Positions 13,085 to 27,850 of a stretch of 64,000 bases of DNA are shown here, piece by piece. The DNA is from Squalus acanthias. Its lineage: Eukaryota. A program made the position numbers and the translations under genes. The notes under the pieces are model-generated. The model was not told where the DNA came from. It worked only from the letters and a program-made list of their open reading frames with translations, and made no database searches. The stretch spans positions 111,974,001 to 112,038,000 of the forward strand of contig CM059431.1 in NCBI GenBank assembly GCA_030390025.1, given 5' to 3'. Within the stretch, counting starts at the first letter, position 1, and each line of letters starts with the position of its first letter.

Positions 13085-13880
13085 ATAATTTTCAGAAAAG
13101 CCTCGACTGGTATTGTCTTCCTTGATGTAACAGCAGCCTATGACACTGTCTGATATATTGGTCTTCTGGTAAAAATATCGAGAGTTCTGCCATATTGGTC
13201 CACTTGCTTGGTTGAATTACTGCTACGGGGCCATTTAGAGTACATATGGCCAGCTGCACCAGCTCATGCCAAATCATTGACTTCCCTCAAGGATTAGTTG
13301 TAGCACCTTTCCTTTTTAATCTGTACATAAATGATGCAGCCAGATTTTGGAAATTCATCTATGCTGATGACCATATCTTTGCTCTCAAGTTAGTGACTTT
13401 TCAACCCTGGAAACCACATTCACTAATGATATGAAACTTATCGTGGAGTCCTGCCTGAAATGGGGTCTTAATCCAAGTACCACAAAGATTAGTGTCCTCC
13501 ACCTTTCACTTGCAGAATGCTAGTGCCTGTCGTGAACTCATTATCGTCCTAAATAGTTAGCTTCTTAAATCTGATGCTGTTTACTTTGACTTCACTCATG
13601 ACTGGTCACTAACCTACAATAATCTTCTACTGAAAACTGCTGAGAAAGTAAAAACTGGAATAACCAAATTGCCAAACTAGCCGGATCGGCGGCGGTGGGC
13701 AAACACATCCACTTCACGATTATCTGCAGAATATTGTGCTCCTGTTGGGCTCGCTCACCACACGCTAAGCTGCTGGATACTCGACAGCATGTGTCTATGC
13801 GCCTTGTGTCTGGTACATTGCACCTTACTCTCTTCCCATGGTTACCAGTTCTCTGCAACATAGCTCCTCCACATCCTCAT
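13085..13880 (+). mobile_element. Decayed non-LTR RT fragment, Vingi/I-group-like
   Basis: VFLDVTAAYDTV, PQG.V.APFLFNLYIND, KFIYADD and PWLPVLCNIAPPH motifs across broken frames. Clade call from memory. Confidence 0.6.
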
Positions 13881-14835
13881 CAACAACAACAACAACTTGC
13901 ATTAATATAGTGCCTTTAACATAGTGCAACATCCCAAGGAGCTTCACAGCAGTGTCCTCAAACCAAAATTGACACTGAGCCATAGATATTAGGACAGATG
14001 ACCAAAAGCTTGGTCAAAGAGGTAGGTTTAAGGAGCATCTTAAAGTTCAGATACCATAGCAAAATTGGTGAACAAGCCACTAAGCCTATTATTACAAGGC
14101 TTCCAGGATTTTTACTGGTGTTTTGGGGTCAAATTCAAATTCCACCCAATTCTTCTGTGAAAATCATAAATGAGTGGCATTGGCTTTATTACAGTCCAGC
14201 CTGTCACACATCTTCGAAAATGTGGCAGAGGGGAGATGGTACTCGCCTGCATGGTGTAGGTGAGAGATTTTGAGAGTTTTCCCAAGATGCAGGTTTGTAA
14301 TAAAGACAGTGGTTCTTGAAAGTTTGTTGAATCCAAGACGTTTGCAAAACTTTCTAAAAATAGATTTTAATCTATGCTGAGAAGCACGAGCTCTGGCTGT
14401 GGTCATTGCCAGTGTTAACTCATATATTCATCAAAAAAAAGTCTGTGGAGTGTTTCTAATTCTTTTGAGATGAATTTTGTGTTTCAGGGTTTAGAATATC
14501 GGTGGGTTGGAAATGTAATTCCGTTCCCCAGCGTTGCACACAAAGTACCTTGGGACGTTTTTGTATCTTAAAGGCACGTTGTAAATGCAAGTAGTTGCCG
14601 ACCTCATCAGGTAGATCACAGCCATCTGCAGGGCAAAGTTCTGTTTACTTAGCCCCGATCTCAGAATAGCATCTCTTCCAGCACCAGTGTGAACATTCCC
14701 AATTTCCACACTAGCCTTCCTATGTCCTCCTGAGTGAAAATAGCAGCTAATGTGGAATTGAGACAAGTTTGGCTCGTGCCATATGGATTAAGAATGCCCA
14801 AGCCCTTTATGGTAATTGTTAAGTGTTTTACAGCA

Positions 14836-15300
14836 GTGTCAGCTGTGGCTCAGTGGGTAGCACTCTCGTCTCTGAGTCAGAAGGTTGTGGGTTCAAGTCC
14901 CACTCCAGAGACTTGAGCACATAAAGCTAGGCTGACACTCCAGGGCAGTTCTGAGGAAGTGCTGCACTGTCGGAGGTGCCGTCTTTCAGATAAGCCATTA
15001 AACTGAGGCCCCGTCTGCTCTCTCAGGTGGACGTAAAAGATCCCATGGCCACTGTTTCGAAGAAGAGCAGGGGAGTTATCCCCGGTGTCCTGGCCAATAC
15101 TTATCCCTCAACCAACATAACAAAAACAGATCATCTGGTCATTATCACATTGCTGTTTGTGGGAGCTTGCTGAGCGCAAATTGGCTGCTGTGTTTCCTAC
15201 ATTACAACAGTGACTACACTCCAAAAGTACTTCATTGGCTGTAAAGCGCTTTGAGACGTGAAGGTCGTGAAAGGCGCTATAGAAATGCAAGTCTTTCTTT
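14836..15300 (+). mobile_element. Deu-domain SINE
   Basis: Full-length and colinear with 258-725. Confidence 0.87.
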
Positions 15301-16301
15301 ACATTCAGAGAGGAGGTCTTCCGATATTTTGACCAGCTGCCTATCGTGCAGATGAAAATAGGCGGTGCTCTTGGCCCCTGCCTGTTGCTACTCCGGAGGG
15401 ATGGAACTCTGTTTCAGCTTGTCGTCAGCTTTTTCCGAATTTCTAAGTTATATGCGTGCTTCATTCTGGATTTGACCCCATGCCCCAAAGGTGAAAGGGC
15501 ATTGTGCTGACGTATGATACGTTTCCCGCTCTCCGTTCAATCTTCTCTCCCCCCCCACGCCCTTAACCCCCTGCAGAATTTCACTTGTGATGAAGGAACT
15601 GAGCAAACTCCATTTAAATTACAAAAACCACCCCCAAACCAAACCAGGAGAGTCTTGTACTTCGCATTACTATTTGTCTGCATTTTCTTATGAGGAGTTG
15701 TGTGTATGCAGTTATCACTGGTGTAGTGTGTAGGCACTTTTACATTTGGTTGAGAAACAAGCCTGTGCACCAACTCTCTTTCTTGCTAAAATAAAGACTT
15801 CCTTATCCCAATGGCAAGATTTGAGAAGCATTTTATAAGTGGGGTTTCAAAGTGCTATGTTTATTTTGCCTGTTACTGCTGTAATATTTTCCTGTGTTTT
15901 TTTTAAATACCACTGGGGCTCAGCATACAATTTAAGAAAAGAATTTTTATTTGGTGGCCTCAGTTCCCATAATTGAGTTGTGGGTATTGGGATTAATTAC
16001 CTCTTTCATTTCAGTCCAAGAACTTCCTCTACTACTGTAATAAAAGAGTGCCAATTCATTACAGTGCCAGTGAATTTCTTAATGACTTGTTGGCACTTTT
16101 TTTTACGAGTCCTTTGGGCAGGAGCTTCAGTAAATAAATGGTCTTTATTTTGTTAATATAAAACAAATGACCCTTATGATTGGCATACTGTCTCCAGAAC
16201 AAAATCACATTTCTATATGATGATGAGTAACCGTTCTCATAGGATCTTGGTATTTGTCCTCTCTGTTCTCCCCAACACATGATTATTTTATATTTAAAAA
16301 G

Positions 16302-16763
16302 AAAGAAAGACTTGCATTTCTATAGCGCCTTTCGCGACCACCAGGTGTCTCAAAGCACTTTATAGCCAACGAAGTACTTTTGAAGTGGAGTCACTGTTGT
16401 AATGTGGGAAATGCGGCAGCCAATTTGTGCACAGCAAGGCCCCACAAACAGCAATGTGATAATGAGCAGATAATCTGTTTTTGTTATGTTGGTTGAGGGA
16501 TAAATATTGGCCAGGACACCGGGGATAACTCCCCTGCTCTTCTTCGAAATAGTGCCATGGGATCTTTACGTCCACCTGAGCGAGCAGACGGGGCCTCGGT
16601 TTAACATCTCATCCGAAAGACGGCACCTCCGACAGTGCAGCACTCCCTCAGCACTGCACTGGAGTGTCAGCCTAGCTTTATGTGCTCAAGTCCCTGGAGT
16701 GGGACTTGAACCCACAACCTTCTGACTCCGAGGTGAGAGTGCTACCCACCGAGCCACGGCTGA
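16302..16763 (-). mobile_element. Deu-domain SINE
   Basis: Full-length reverse complement of the family. Confidence 0.87.
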
Positions 16764-19700
16764 GCTTTTAACTGTATAATAGCTACATTTATTCATGATC
16801 GCAATTGGTTTATTCTAGGTTACTTTTTTGGTAACTCCATTCCTGGAACTGTTTGCAGCTTTCACCTATGAAACCTAAGCCCCGCCCCCCCGGCAGTTTG
16901 CAATTGTCACACAGCTGTTACACTCGAGTGGAATTAGAGTAAGGTAAACTTGTAACTGCCTATTGAATGGTGTGCGAAATTTATTTATTTGTTTGTGCCA
17001 CATATAAAATACAAAGCATTAAATAGGAGCCTTGCATAAGATGTCCCTTGTGTGAAGGCTGCCACAGCTCCATGGAAAATGTCTTTCTGTAGTGTGAATT
17101 AGTATTCTGAAATGGTGTTCCCTGTGATTTGACCTAATGTGGAGCGATCCAGGTAGTGTTTTCTACTATTCAAGTTTGAGGTAATTATGTTTTTTTGTCT
17201 TTTAGTAATTTGTTGAGAATGTTGGAGTGTATTTTGCGCTCTTTTACGTGTTTTACGAACGGTTAGTTTTATAAAATTTTGAGGTATTTTTACAGATGAG
17301 AAGTAATACTTATATATTTTCTTTGTTATGCCATTTCCTCTCCTCGCCCAAAACAATAACTTATGATGGGCAAGGGCACTGATTTGCTATTTTTACTGAA
17401 AGAAAAGCAATTGTGCAATATATCCCCAAAAATCCCAGAGTAAAACTGTGCAATAAAAATAAAATTTTGACTTCAAGTCCCGACAAAACATTGGCTCCAT
17501 TATAGGCTGTTGGAAGCCTGGAATGCAATCCCAAAATACAGATTAAAAATCCTGGAATCCCATGTAATTAAAACAGAAATCTGGCTGTAAAACAATGCCT
17601 CTTGCGATGATGGGTGTGGGGGAGGGTGGCATTCTGATTGGTGTGGGCGAGGCAGAGTGGCCTGTTGGCCCAAGTAGCCATTCTTCACGTGTACCTGAAT
17701 AGTGCACATTGTAGTTCAAGTGTGGCGAACATCACAGCTGAATCTGATCTTGTCCTCTTCTGGTATCCACATTGGTACTTCTAGCTGGGGTTGTAGGATA
17801 GTAACGAGGACTAGAAATCCTGGCCAGATGTTCCCCATCCTAGGCAAAGGGATACTGATCAATTGCAGCGCACTCCGTCGCCATGGCTTTGGTGAGCTCA
17901 CTTGACACAGATCTGGGCCATTCTGATGTGTACAGCTCTGTACCAAGCCAAGTAGATACAGCATTATGAATAACCTGGACTGATCTTCCAACTTGCTCTT
18001 ATTCCAAGGGTGACGCCTCCATTTGTGAATAATCACCCACATTTTTAAATGTACGCTGGATATCCTAAACCGTTCTGACCCCTGATGCAACACTATTATA
18101 AAATGTGCCACCACCACTCCCATTCCCCCAACAGTATTGCTCCTTGATTTAATTAAATATAATATATTCCCATACTATTTCAGCTTTCTCTCTTATTCAT
18201 CCCTCGCTCCTCCCCCTCTTCCTCATTCCCTTATTTACTTATTCCATCTTGCTTCTTTCTCCTGTATTTTACTCATGCTCGCCTGTACCTCCTTTTAATA
18301 ATTTTTGTGTGCATCAATTTTTCAACCACCTTATATTCCAATCCATTCAACTATTATCATTACCATGGGACATTATGATATCATTAAAATACCAGGATAT
18401 CTTCCAAGATACTGAGAAATGCCGTGGGACACCCATGAAAATATACATCTAGCTCTGATATTTTAATTTTAAATGTTGGGTATCTAAGAACCCAAAACCT
18501 CCACAGTCCTAAAGCTTGCTCTAAATCTTCAGCAAATCTGGCACTTTGGCTGAGTCTTCACCCTCACAAAATCTATTTGGAGGGTCTGTTTTGCAGATGT
18601 TGTTTAGGAATTATATATTTATGAAAGTATTGGAATTCTATAAAGTGACCGTATAGTTATTTCTGTTCTTTTTGTGAAGGATCTTCTGGTGGTTCGTTGC
18701 CTTAAGGTGGAATTTAAGTTAAAGTAGGATTTATGATTTAGTAATTTAATATTGATGTTTAATATGATAAACTTCTGTAATAGATCAGAAGTTGCCTCTA
18801 TGGTGTAAAATGAGAAGTGCTAATGGTGAAGACATCAGTCAGTAATTGCTTCTGTGTGACAACTCTCTTAAAGTGAATTCATGGAGACAGTAATGCAAGA
18901 AGGAATGTATTGCTGTATAACCCAGCCCACTAATAATTACAATTCTTGAACTGTACAAAGCTGATGTAACTTTTTGAGTGCTTTTTTTAATTTGCCTCCC
19001 TTTACCTCCTTGAAGACACTGAAATCTCGCCAGTGCTGGTTGCCATCAGTTATTGCAGCTGGACACAGTCCTCTCCATGTATGCACACTAAGGCCAATTA
19101 TAACCCCTTGCTGCCACCCTGGTTGAGATTAGCTAACTGGTATGACGAGGAATCAAATCCAGAGCATTCCTTGTCTGGGCTCATTGCCACATCTTTTAAA
19201 ATGATCTAAGGGTCTTAATACTAGACACGGGTGGCAGGAAAATGACTTGCAAATACCCAGTGATGAATTTTACTAATTAGCTTGTACTGTGGAATCTTTA
19301 ACTATCAAATCACAGAGCTCCCCTGTTGACATAGAATTATACAGCACAGAAGGAGGTCAGTTGGCCTATTCTGCCTGTGCTGGCTCTCTGAAAGAGCTGC
19401 CAATTAGTCCCACTCCCCTGATTGACTTGCTGGATAAATTCAATGTTTGGTGTTTTGCTGAACCCTAGGAAGGTCCCTGGTCCGTGAGATGAGTTGGCTG
19501 GTCGCTACCAAGCAGGGACAGAGGACTTTGTCCCTAGCCTAGAGAGAGGGGGGAAAAAAACAAATGAGGGTTCATGCTTTCCCGTTTGCTATTCAGCAAC
19601 ACTAACCTAACACTTCTTAAAAACCTTCCAATGTAGTGGGGGCATTTCATAAAAGGGGGTGGGGTAATCGACATTGAACAGGAACCGGAAGAAGGTGGTT

Positions 19701-22700
19701 CAAGAGGATAGGTTGGAGGTGGCATCCTGGGTGAATTGGTGTTTGTGTAGGGTTTCCGAAATCGAGTCTTGAGGTGACACAAGTATGGATAAAGGTTTCT
19801 GCTGTAGTAAGGGCAGAGGCGGGCCTAATTTTGGACATGAAAATCGGCTGCTTTGGTGATTGAATGGATGTGAGACTTGAAGCTCAGTTCAGGTTCAGGA
19901 TGCATCTTTCAAGTTACACTTCAAACCTTAAAACTGTTACCATTTCAGTGAATTTCACATCCACTTATGTTCATTCCAAGTTAAGCAGCACTGTTAATAA
20001 GAGTACGTACAACCGATGGGGTGAATAAGTTCCTGTAAATCCCTTAATATTAAACATTTTCACTATTTACAAATATTGCATCTTTCAGCAAAAGATTAAC
20101 TGTTTTGTGTAGCATTGAAGTTGCTTACCATTATATTACTCTGAAGCATAAACTGTGTTTTTATGTATTTGGATGCTGTGGGAAAGCTATCCAGTACATT
20201 GTTACTGCAATTTGTAATAGTGGGCTCACCAATGCGGCATCTTGCCAGATAATTTGCATAGAAGTGTAAAAGATATATATATATCTGCTCCACAAATTAT
20301 GTTTTCATTATCTTGAGATCTTAGTATAGAAACTACTGCAAAAGATGCTGCCTGCCCTCCTTTTTTAAAATATTTTTGTTACGGCTGCATTTAATTTATT
20401 AGGTAATTAACAGTAGATGTGATAAAATATACACAATTAGTAATGTTATCTTCAGCAGCTCAAGCTTCCTCTGATGGCCAAGGTGGTGGATATTCTTAAA
20501 GTGGGATATTCCAAATGCTAAGCCAGTTTTTTTTTTAAATGTTGAAATATGTCAACAATATTTTTTTTGATGCCACCTTTATGTTGCAAGATTATCTCCA
20601 GCAAGTGTTCACTTTTTGAAGCACTTTCATAGGATAAACATCAAAGTGTATATACAAGGGGGTTCACTGTCTGCATCCAACAACAAAGTGCTGCCAGTGG
20701 ACCATTGGTGGCACTCTGCCATCTTAATTCTGGTCGTGGGTGGGCTGAGTTCTCAAATGCAAATCTTGACATTGTTGGCCTGGAGGACCTCATGCCCCTC
20801 GCCATTGCAAAGTCCTCGGCCAAAATCGCAAGCGTGACTTTGTAGTAACTGCTGTTGTGCAAATCTTGTGCGTGTGCAGTTGTTCTGACGCTAACCTAAT
20901 ATGCCCCACATTATAAATGGGGAGAATTTGAACTAGTTCACAGAAGGCTGGTTCTGATTAGACCATTCCCCAGCATGAGTTGGCACCTTGAAGTTAAGGG
21001 AACTGACTCATTATGGACAACTTCCATTGGAATCAGTTCCATAACTGGGTAGAAGAGCGTTCCAAGTCACTGGCGGGCTTTGCATATTATTTGCCTTGCA
21101 TGCAATCCTGAATGGAATTTTAGTTGAAAATAAAGACTGCTTGCGATGGATTGAAATATTAAGAGGGTGGTATTCATGATCGAGTGAGGCCACCATGCAT
21201 ATCATCAATGGAGCTCTCTCCACCAGCAGGAGGTGGCATTGAGGGGGGAAATGAACAGTCATTGTAGTGTTGCCAGTTACTGCACTGTAATGCGATTGAC
21301 TTGCCAATTGAGGACTGGCAGCAGTTGTGCAGTTAGTGGAGCCCTATTAGTTACAAAAGGCCACTTGCTTTATACTGATTTTTGAAGGATTGTTGGGCAG
21401 TTAGCTGGTTTCAGTAGGTAGAAAGTCAGGCTCTTCTACTGAGTTTTGTCTGTTTATCTATTTGTGGCTGGTTGCAACATTGCCCACCTTTTTGTACAAA
21501 ATTCTTGGAAATGGTCTCACTTTGGCCAATACTTGAAAGATTGGGCCCTAGTCTTCATACTGCACTCTTTTTTATTCGTTCATGGGATGTGGGCGTCGCT
21601 GGCAAGGCCAGCATTTATTGCCCATCCCTAATTGCCCTTGAGAAGGTGGTGGTGAGCCGCTGCATTCCGTATGATGAAGGTACGCCCACAGTGCTGTTTG
21701 GTCCTTGCGCAAACTTCTTGATCCAGTATAGCAGTAAGCCACAGGATTTTATAGTGCGACATTGGTTCTGCGGTTAGTAATTTGGCAAAGGCAACTCTTT
21801 TTTTTCCTCTTGAATGTAAATACACCTGCATATACAGTTGGTTGAATTTGATCTTTATGCTCTGCAATTAAAAAATAAAAAGGGTGGGGATTAGGCTATT
21901 GGAGAGCTGGGAGTGTTCAAAATGAAAGAGGAAATAAACTGGATTTTCTCCCTTCCCACAACTAAACAGCACACAGTATTTGCAAGGTTTGTTGCCTGCT
22001 CCTAGGTCTTTGCGATAGGACACTAACTGCTTCTTAGGAGTTGAGAAGGCAACTTTGTGACTTGTTCACTAACTTGTGCAGTAATAATTGAAAATGCCTG
22101 CCTGTTTTCGGCCCCCGCCACAAACTCTGTTCCCTAGCCGCTCACTCCATCCCTCTCCCTAACATCTGTCTGAGGCTGAACCACACTGTTCGCAACCTTG
22201 GTGTCATATTTGACCCTGAAATGAGCTTCCGACCACACATTCAATAGTTTTATCGTAAAATATGCACGTCCCTTTCACCACACGCAAACCACATGGTTAC
22301 TTGTATATTCTACTCATAAGCAAAGTCTTTTTTTTCAATTAAAAATGTATAGGTCAACAAGTTTATCCAGTGAGTAACTGAATCTGGAATTTTAGTTTAT
22401 AATTCTATCACCGAACTGCGCGACGTTAGCGGATCTCAAACAGGGTGGCATCAGGGGCTCGTCAACTGGTCTCTGATTTCACTGTTCAGCGATTGAAACC
22501 CTCCCCATAGCCAAAGGGCTCAGCAAGTCAGCAATAGTGGCCGCTTAGGCAAGGTAATTATTGGGAATAACACAAGCAAAATAAGGGAAGCATTTCGAAA
22601 GGAGGTGAAAAAATTCACAAGAAATAATGAGGTATTACGCAGAATAAAGGTGGTCAGTGATCCATTACAGATTAACTTCGCTGCTTGTTTATTTGTGTAT

Positions 22701-23149
22701 GTATTCCGGTCTTAAAATTATTCAGGCGCATAAAATTTTAGTCCACAAAATATTCAGACACACAACATGCAGTTACAAGCCTCCAAGACATTATTTTCTA
22801 ATATCACATGTACTGTGCTCTACTTCCCCTCCCGAGTATCTCAACTTTTGGGAATTCACTCCGCTCCGATGTTCCTTTTGAATCCTGCTTTTTGCCGTGA
22901 GTGAAAAATGTCCGTCTTGTTTTCAAAAAGATTTGGAGCCCGTTTGTGTGGGTGTTTATGGGTGTGCGTTTGTATGTATAATGACTGATCATGGCCTGCA
23001 TGTTATAAGTTAGCTGAAATACTGTATAGTGTGCATTTTACAACATACAGTACTCTTAAGGCTGTAATAAATCTTATCATTGAGCGTTGTTATATTTCTC
23101 ATCAAATACACATACTAAATTTTGTATTGCGGTCTCACTGCATTGCGAT

Positions 23150-26100
23150 ACCGAGAAGCCTATAGCTTCACTCTGTGCCTGTCTTGGCATCCTCCGAAGG
23201 GCCTGTCGAGCCACTTGTCGCTGCCTCCTCACGAGCAGCAACCCCAACTGTCCCATCCAATTCACTCACTGACCTTCCCGCCCAGCACGCCTGTCGGGCG
23301 CTAATCTTGCCAATCTCCTCCCCGTCCAACTCCTCCCTGCTCCGCATCTCCCTCCAGAATGTCCGTTCACTTGTGAACAAGGCACTTGCCATCCATGAGC
23401 TTATTGTGGATGATTGGATCGACATCATGGCCTTGACGGAAACCTGGCTGTGAGGTGTGATGACAGCTTACCCCCTAAATGAAGCTTCCCCACCTGGCTG
23501 CACCTTCCACCACTTGCCCTGCCCAGACTGCTGCAGTGGTGGTGTGGCTCTCATCACCAAATCACACCTTGTGCTGTCCCTCTACTCCTCTGGTTCTTTC
23601 TCCTCCTTTGAGCATCTCACTTTGTTCCACCCCTCTCGCCTCTCATTTAAAATTCTCATTCTCTACCTCCCACCCAAGTGCCATAAAAATGTTATCACTG
23701 AGATATCTTCACTGCTTTCCTCCCTCAGCCTCTGCACCGAGCAACTTCTCATCCTCGGTGTTTTAACCTCCATCTCAATTCAGCATGCTCTCTCTCCTCT
23801 GAGTTCATTATCCTCCTATCCTCCCTTAATCTCTCCATCCATGTAAACGCCCCAACCCATATTCACGGGCACCCCCTTGATCTTGCCATCTCTCGTGGCC
23901 TCGCTACTCCTATCGTGTCAATCACAGATAAGACCATCTTTGACCACTTCCTTGTATCACTCTCCACCCCCTTCCCCTCCCCAACCCTCCTTCCTTCTGT
24001 GTCCACCCCTGGAAAAAGCTCTCTTCCCAACTCTCTTACAGCTGCGCTTACGAAATTCCAACTGTCCAGCCTTAGGCCCTCCATTAACGATGACATTTCT
24101 GCAGCTACCGATCTGCTCAACCACACCCTCCCCACCACCTTTGATGCCCTAGTGCCTACTAAAACCATTACTCTCTCTCACCTTGGCCATTCCCCCTGGT
24201 ATGGCCCTCATCTTTGCTCCCTTAAGTCCAAGAGAGACAGATTTGAACAGATATGGCGGACAACTGGTTTAGACATTCACTGCCAGATCTGACTGGACCA
24301 CATAAAGCGTTATCGGTCCTGCTCTCGTCTGCCAAAACTGCTCACTATTCCAGGTCATTCTGGAATACAAAGATACCACCCCAGCTTTTTTTTCTTCAGC
24401 TACTGCTAACCATCGTCTTAAACCCCTCTCCCCTGTCTCCTCTCCTCCCCGCCCCCCACCTTGCCTCCAACGAGGAGCTCATGGACTTCTTTGTCTCTCT
24501 AAGATTGAGACCATCTGTTCAGCTGCCTCTGCCACTTCCCGTCCTTCCCCTAGCCCACTGGGCCAAACTTCCTCTAAGGTTTCCCCCACCCTAGCCCTGA
24601 ACACTCATCTTTCTCCAGTTCCTCTCCGATCTCCCTCATGACCCCTCCTCGCTCATCTTATCCATGAGACCCATTTCCTGCTCCCTTGACCCTATTCCTA
24701 TCAAACTGCTGACCACCCAACTTCCTTTTCTGGCTCCCATGTTAGCTGATATTGTTGACTGTTCACTCTTCTTAGGTACTGTCCCCCTCTCCTTCACATC
24801 TGCCGCCATCACCCCGTTCCTCAAAAAAACAACTCTTGACCTCTCCATCCTTGCAATCTACCGCCCCATCTCCAACCTTCCTTTCCCCTCAAGTCCTTGA
24901 ACGTGTTGTCGCCTCCCAAATCCATGCCATGTTTGAATCCCTCCAATCCGGTTTCCGCCCTGCCACAGTACCGAAACGGCTCTTCTCAAAGTCACAAATT
25001 ATATCCTATGTGACTGTGACAATGGTAAACTATCCCTCCTTGTCCTCCTCAACCTGTCTGCAGCCTTTGACACGGTTGACCACACCATCCTCTTCCGACG
25101 CTTCTCCACCATCGTCCAGCTGGGTGGGACTGTGCTCACCTGGTTCCATTCTTATCTATCTCATTGTAGCCAGAGGATCACCTGCAACGGCTTCTCTTCC
25201 CGCTCCCGCATCGTTACCTCTGGTGTTCCCCAAGGATCTATCCTTGGCCCCCTCCTATTTCTCATCTACATGCTGCCCCTCGGTGACATCATCCGAACAT
25301 GCAGTGTCAGTCACCACATGTACGCTGACGACCCCCAGCTCGACCCCTCCACTATCTCTAAATTGTCAGACTGCTTGTCCGACATCCAGTACTGGATGAG
25401 CAGAAATTTCCTCCAATTACATATTGGGAAGACCGAAGCCATTGTCTTTGGTCCCCACCACAAACTCCATTCCCTAGCCACGACTCCATCCCTCTCCCTA
25501 GCATCTGTCTAAGGCTGAACCACACTGTTCACAACCTTGGTGTCATATTTGACCCTGAAATGAGCTTCCGACCACATATCTGCGCCATAATTAAGACCGC
25601 CTATTTCCACCTCCATAACATTGCCTGTCTCCGCCCCTGCCTCAGCTCATCCGCTGAAACCCTCATCCATGCCTTTGTTACATCTAGACTTAACTATTCC
25701 AACGCACTCCTGGCCAGCCTTCCACATTCCACCCTACGTAAACTTGAGGTCATCCAAAACTCGGCTGCCCGTGCCCTAACTCGCACCAAGTCCCGTTCAT
25801 CCATCACCCCTGTGCTTGCTGACCTACATTGGCTCCCGGTTAAGCAATGCCTCGCTTTTAAAATTCTCATCCATGTTTTCAGATCCCTCCATGGCCTCGC
25901 CCCTCCCTATCTCTATAATCTCCTTCAGCCCCACAACCCCCCGAGATATCTGCGCTCCTCTAATTCTGCCCTCTTGAGCATCCCTGATTATAATCGCTCA
26001 ACCATTGCTGGCTGTGCCTTCTGTTGCCTCGGCCCTAAGCCCTGGAATTCCCTCCCTAAACCTCTCCGCCTCGCGACCTCTCTTTCCTCCTTTTAAGACT

Positions 26101-26229
26101 CTCCTTAAAACCTACCTCTTTGACCAAGAATTTGGTCATCTGCCCTAATTTCACCTTGTGCTTGGTGTCAAATTTTGTTTTATGACACTCCTGCGAAACG
26201 TCTTGCCAAATAAATACAAGTTGTTGTTG
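23150..26229 (+). mobile_element. L2-clade LINE with a nearly complete but frameshifted ORF2 (APE endonuclease + RT) and 3' end
   Basis: LQNVRSLVNK, DIMALTETWL, YRPISNLPF, GVPQGSILGPLLF, YADD and LHWLPV occur in successive frames. Ends in a (GTT)n tail 137 nt before the exon at 26367. Confidence 0.92.
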
Positions 26230-26366
26230 ATTTGGCAGGCATTTTGTTACTCTAGGTTACTGAGACTGTTTCCTATGTTAAAACTTTTTGTTGTTGTAAC
26301 CTAGGATTGAAAGATTTGGAATGACGAATGATTAGCTGATCTGAACTGTCTTCATTTTTTTTATAG

Positions 26367-26437
26367 GAGGTTACTGGGAAGAGTTTTGGCAAAAAAGATT
26401 TTCGATCGGCACTGGAGGATGGAGTCTTGCTATGCGA
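26367..26437 (+). CDS. LMO7: Internal coding exon (71 nt, phase 0 to 2) of an LMO7-like gene, calponin-homology domain
   Basis: Pyrimidine tract and TAG acceptor end at 26366, with a GTATGT donor at 26438. Translates EVTGKSFGKKDFRSALEDGVLLC+GA, matching the LMO7/LIMCH1 CH motif (..KDFR.SLE.GVLLC) as I recall it. Joins in frame to 35885. Confidence 0.9.
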
Positions 26438-27299
26438 GTATGTAACAATTGTGTGCATGCAATAATGTTTTTGCTTTTGTTCTCCTGGGGGGAGGGAGAG
26501 AAGAAGGAATGGGCAAGTGAGTCTCTTCAGTTTGGGGACACTCTGGCAATGGAATGTTGGAATCAACTCGACCCTTGCTCTGGCAGACTTACTAATCTTG
26601 ATGCCTCAAACAGACAGGTCCATAAATACTGGGTCACCACAAGGCCAAACAGCCTGACTTGTTCAATGGGATCTGAAGAGGTAGACTTGTCGCTGGGAGT
26701 TGGGATCCTTCCTATGTGGCTACAAATAGCTTCACAAACCAGTAACCTAATTTGTAGGGTGGCCCTGGCTGGACAAGCAGTAGGAACCTGACCTATATTG
26801 GTAGGCAACACAGTTTTATTTTTAGTGGGTTAATTTCCAGTCGTGCTGCACTGCGTACTTAAGAAAACCCCACCTCAAGCCTGGGCTCTTGTCAACATGT
26901 GCCTGTGTTGTTTTGGACTTGGATAAGTGGGTGTGTCTCTACAAACAGGAACTCTCCATGCCTGGATATCTCAATAGCTTAATTTGGTGGCGAGTATCTG
27001 TACATGTCCGACACATGGCTAACAAAGCCAAAAATGCTTTTATTGGAGAGGAAAGCATCACAAGTTAGACATCTGCATTGTGGTTTCTTGCTGCCTCATG
27101 TTGATTATGCTGGTAATGTGTTTATAAACTCTTGCTAAAAGTGGAGAAAACTTTCACTTAACATTTGCTTATGAAATTGAACATAATTAACCTCTGGCCT
27201 CAATATTTCTCAATGTAATTTCATTTAAAATGCTAATGAGACTTTGCTCTCTAGAAATTTAATCACTTATGAATTTTGTATTCCCAAATTTGGGAATAT

Positions 27300-27850
27300 T
27301 GGAATGTACAGGATTGGAAAAGACTGCAGTCCATTTGGCTGGTCCCAAAAGCAAATACCTCTGAATCACTCACTTGCCCTTCAATGTTTCCATACTGTCT
27401 GCCTCCCTGGGCAGTCCATTAAACATGCTTACTACCCTTTGCATAAAGTACTTAAATCTGAACTGTGCTCCTTCCCTCTAAGCTTGAGTCTGTTTCCCTT
27501 GGATCTCGAGATTGTGGCAATATATAACGCATTACATCTGGGTTCAATGTATCTGTTCTCAGTAGCTTGGACTTTTCTTCTCCAGAATAAGCAATCCCAG
27601 ACCCTTGAAACTTTCCTCATCGCTCAGGTGCCTTAAGCTAGATATCAGTTTGGTTACCCTTTTCTGCACTGCCTTCAATCGCTAGATAGCCTTGCTGCAG
27701 TATGGTGACCAGAATTGTACACCGTATTCAAGATGTGACTAAACTTGTACATAATCTTCACCTCCTGGGATTTGTATTCTATCTGACTGGCTGAAGATCT
27801 CAAAATCTGATTATGCTTTCCTTTCGTTTCTGCACACAATGCTGTTGGTT
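27300..27850 (-). mobile_element. Old CR1 fragment
   Basis: Translated IEYKSQEV..LNTVYNSGHH resembles the CR1 ORF2 C-terminus seen elsewhere in the window. Confidence 0.55.

Noticed and set aside
23175..26096. Active L2 element or host gene
   Set aside because: ORF2 is split by multiple frameshifts and stops.
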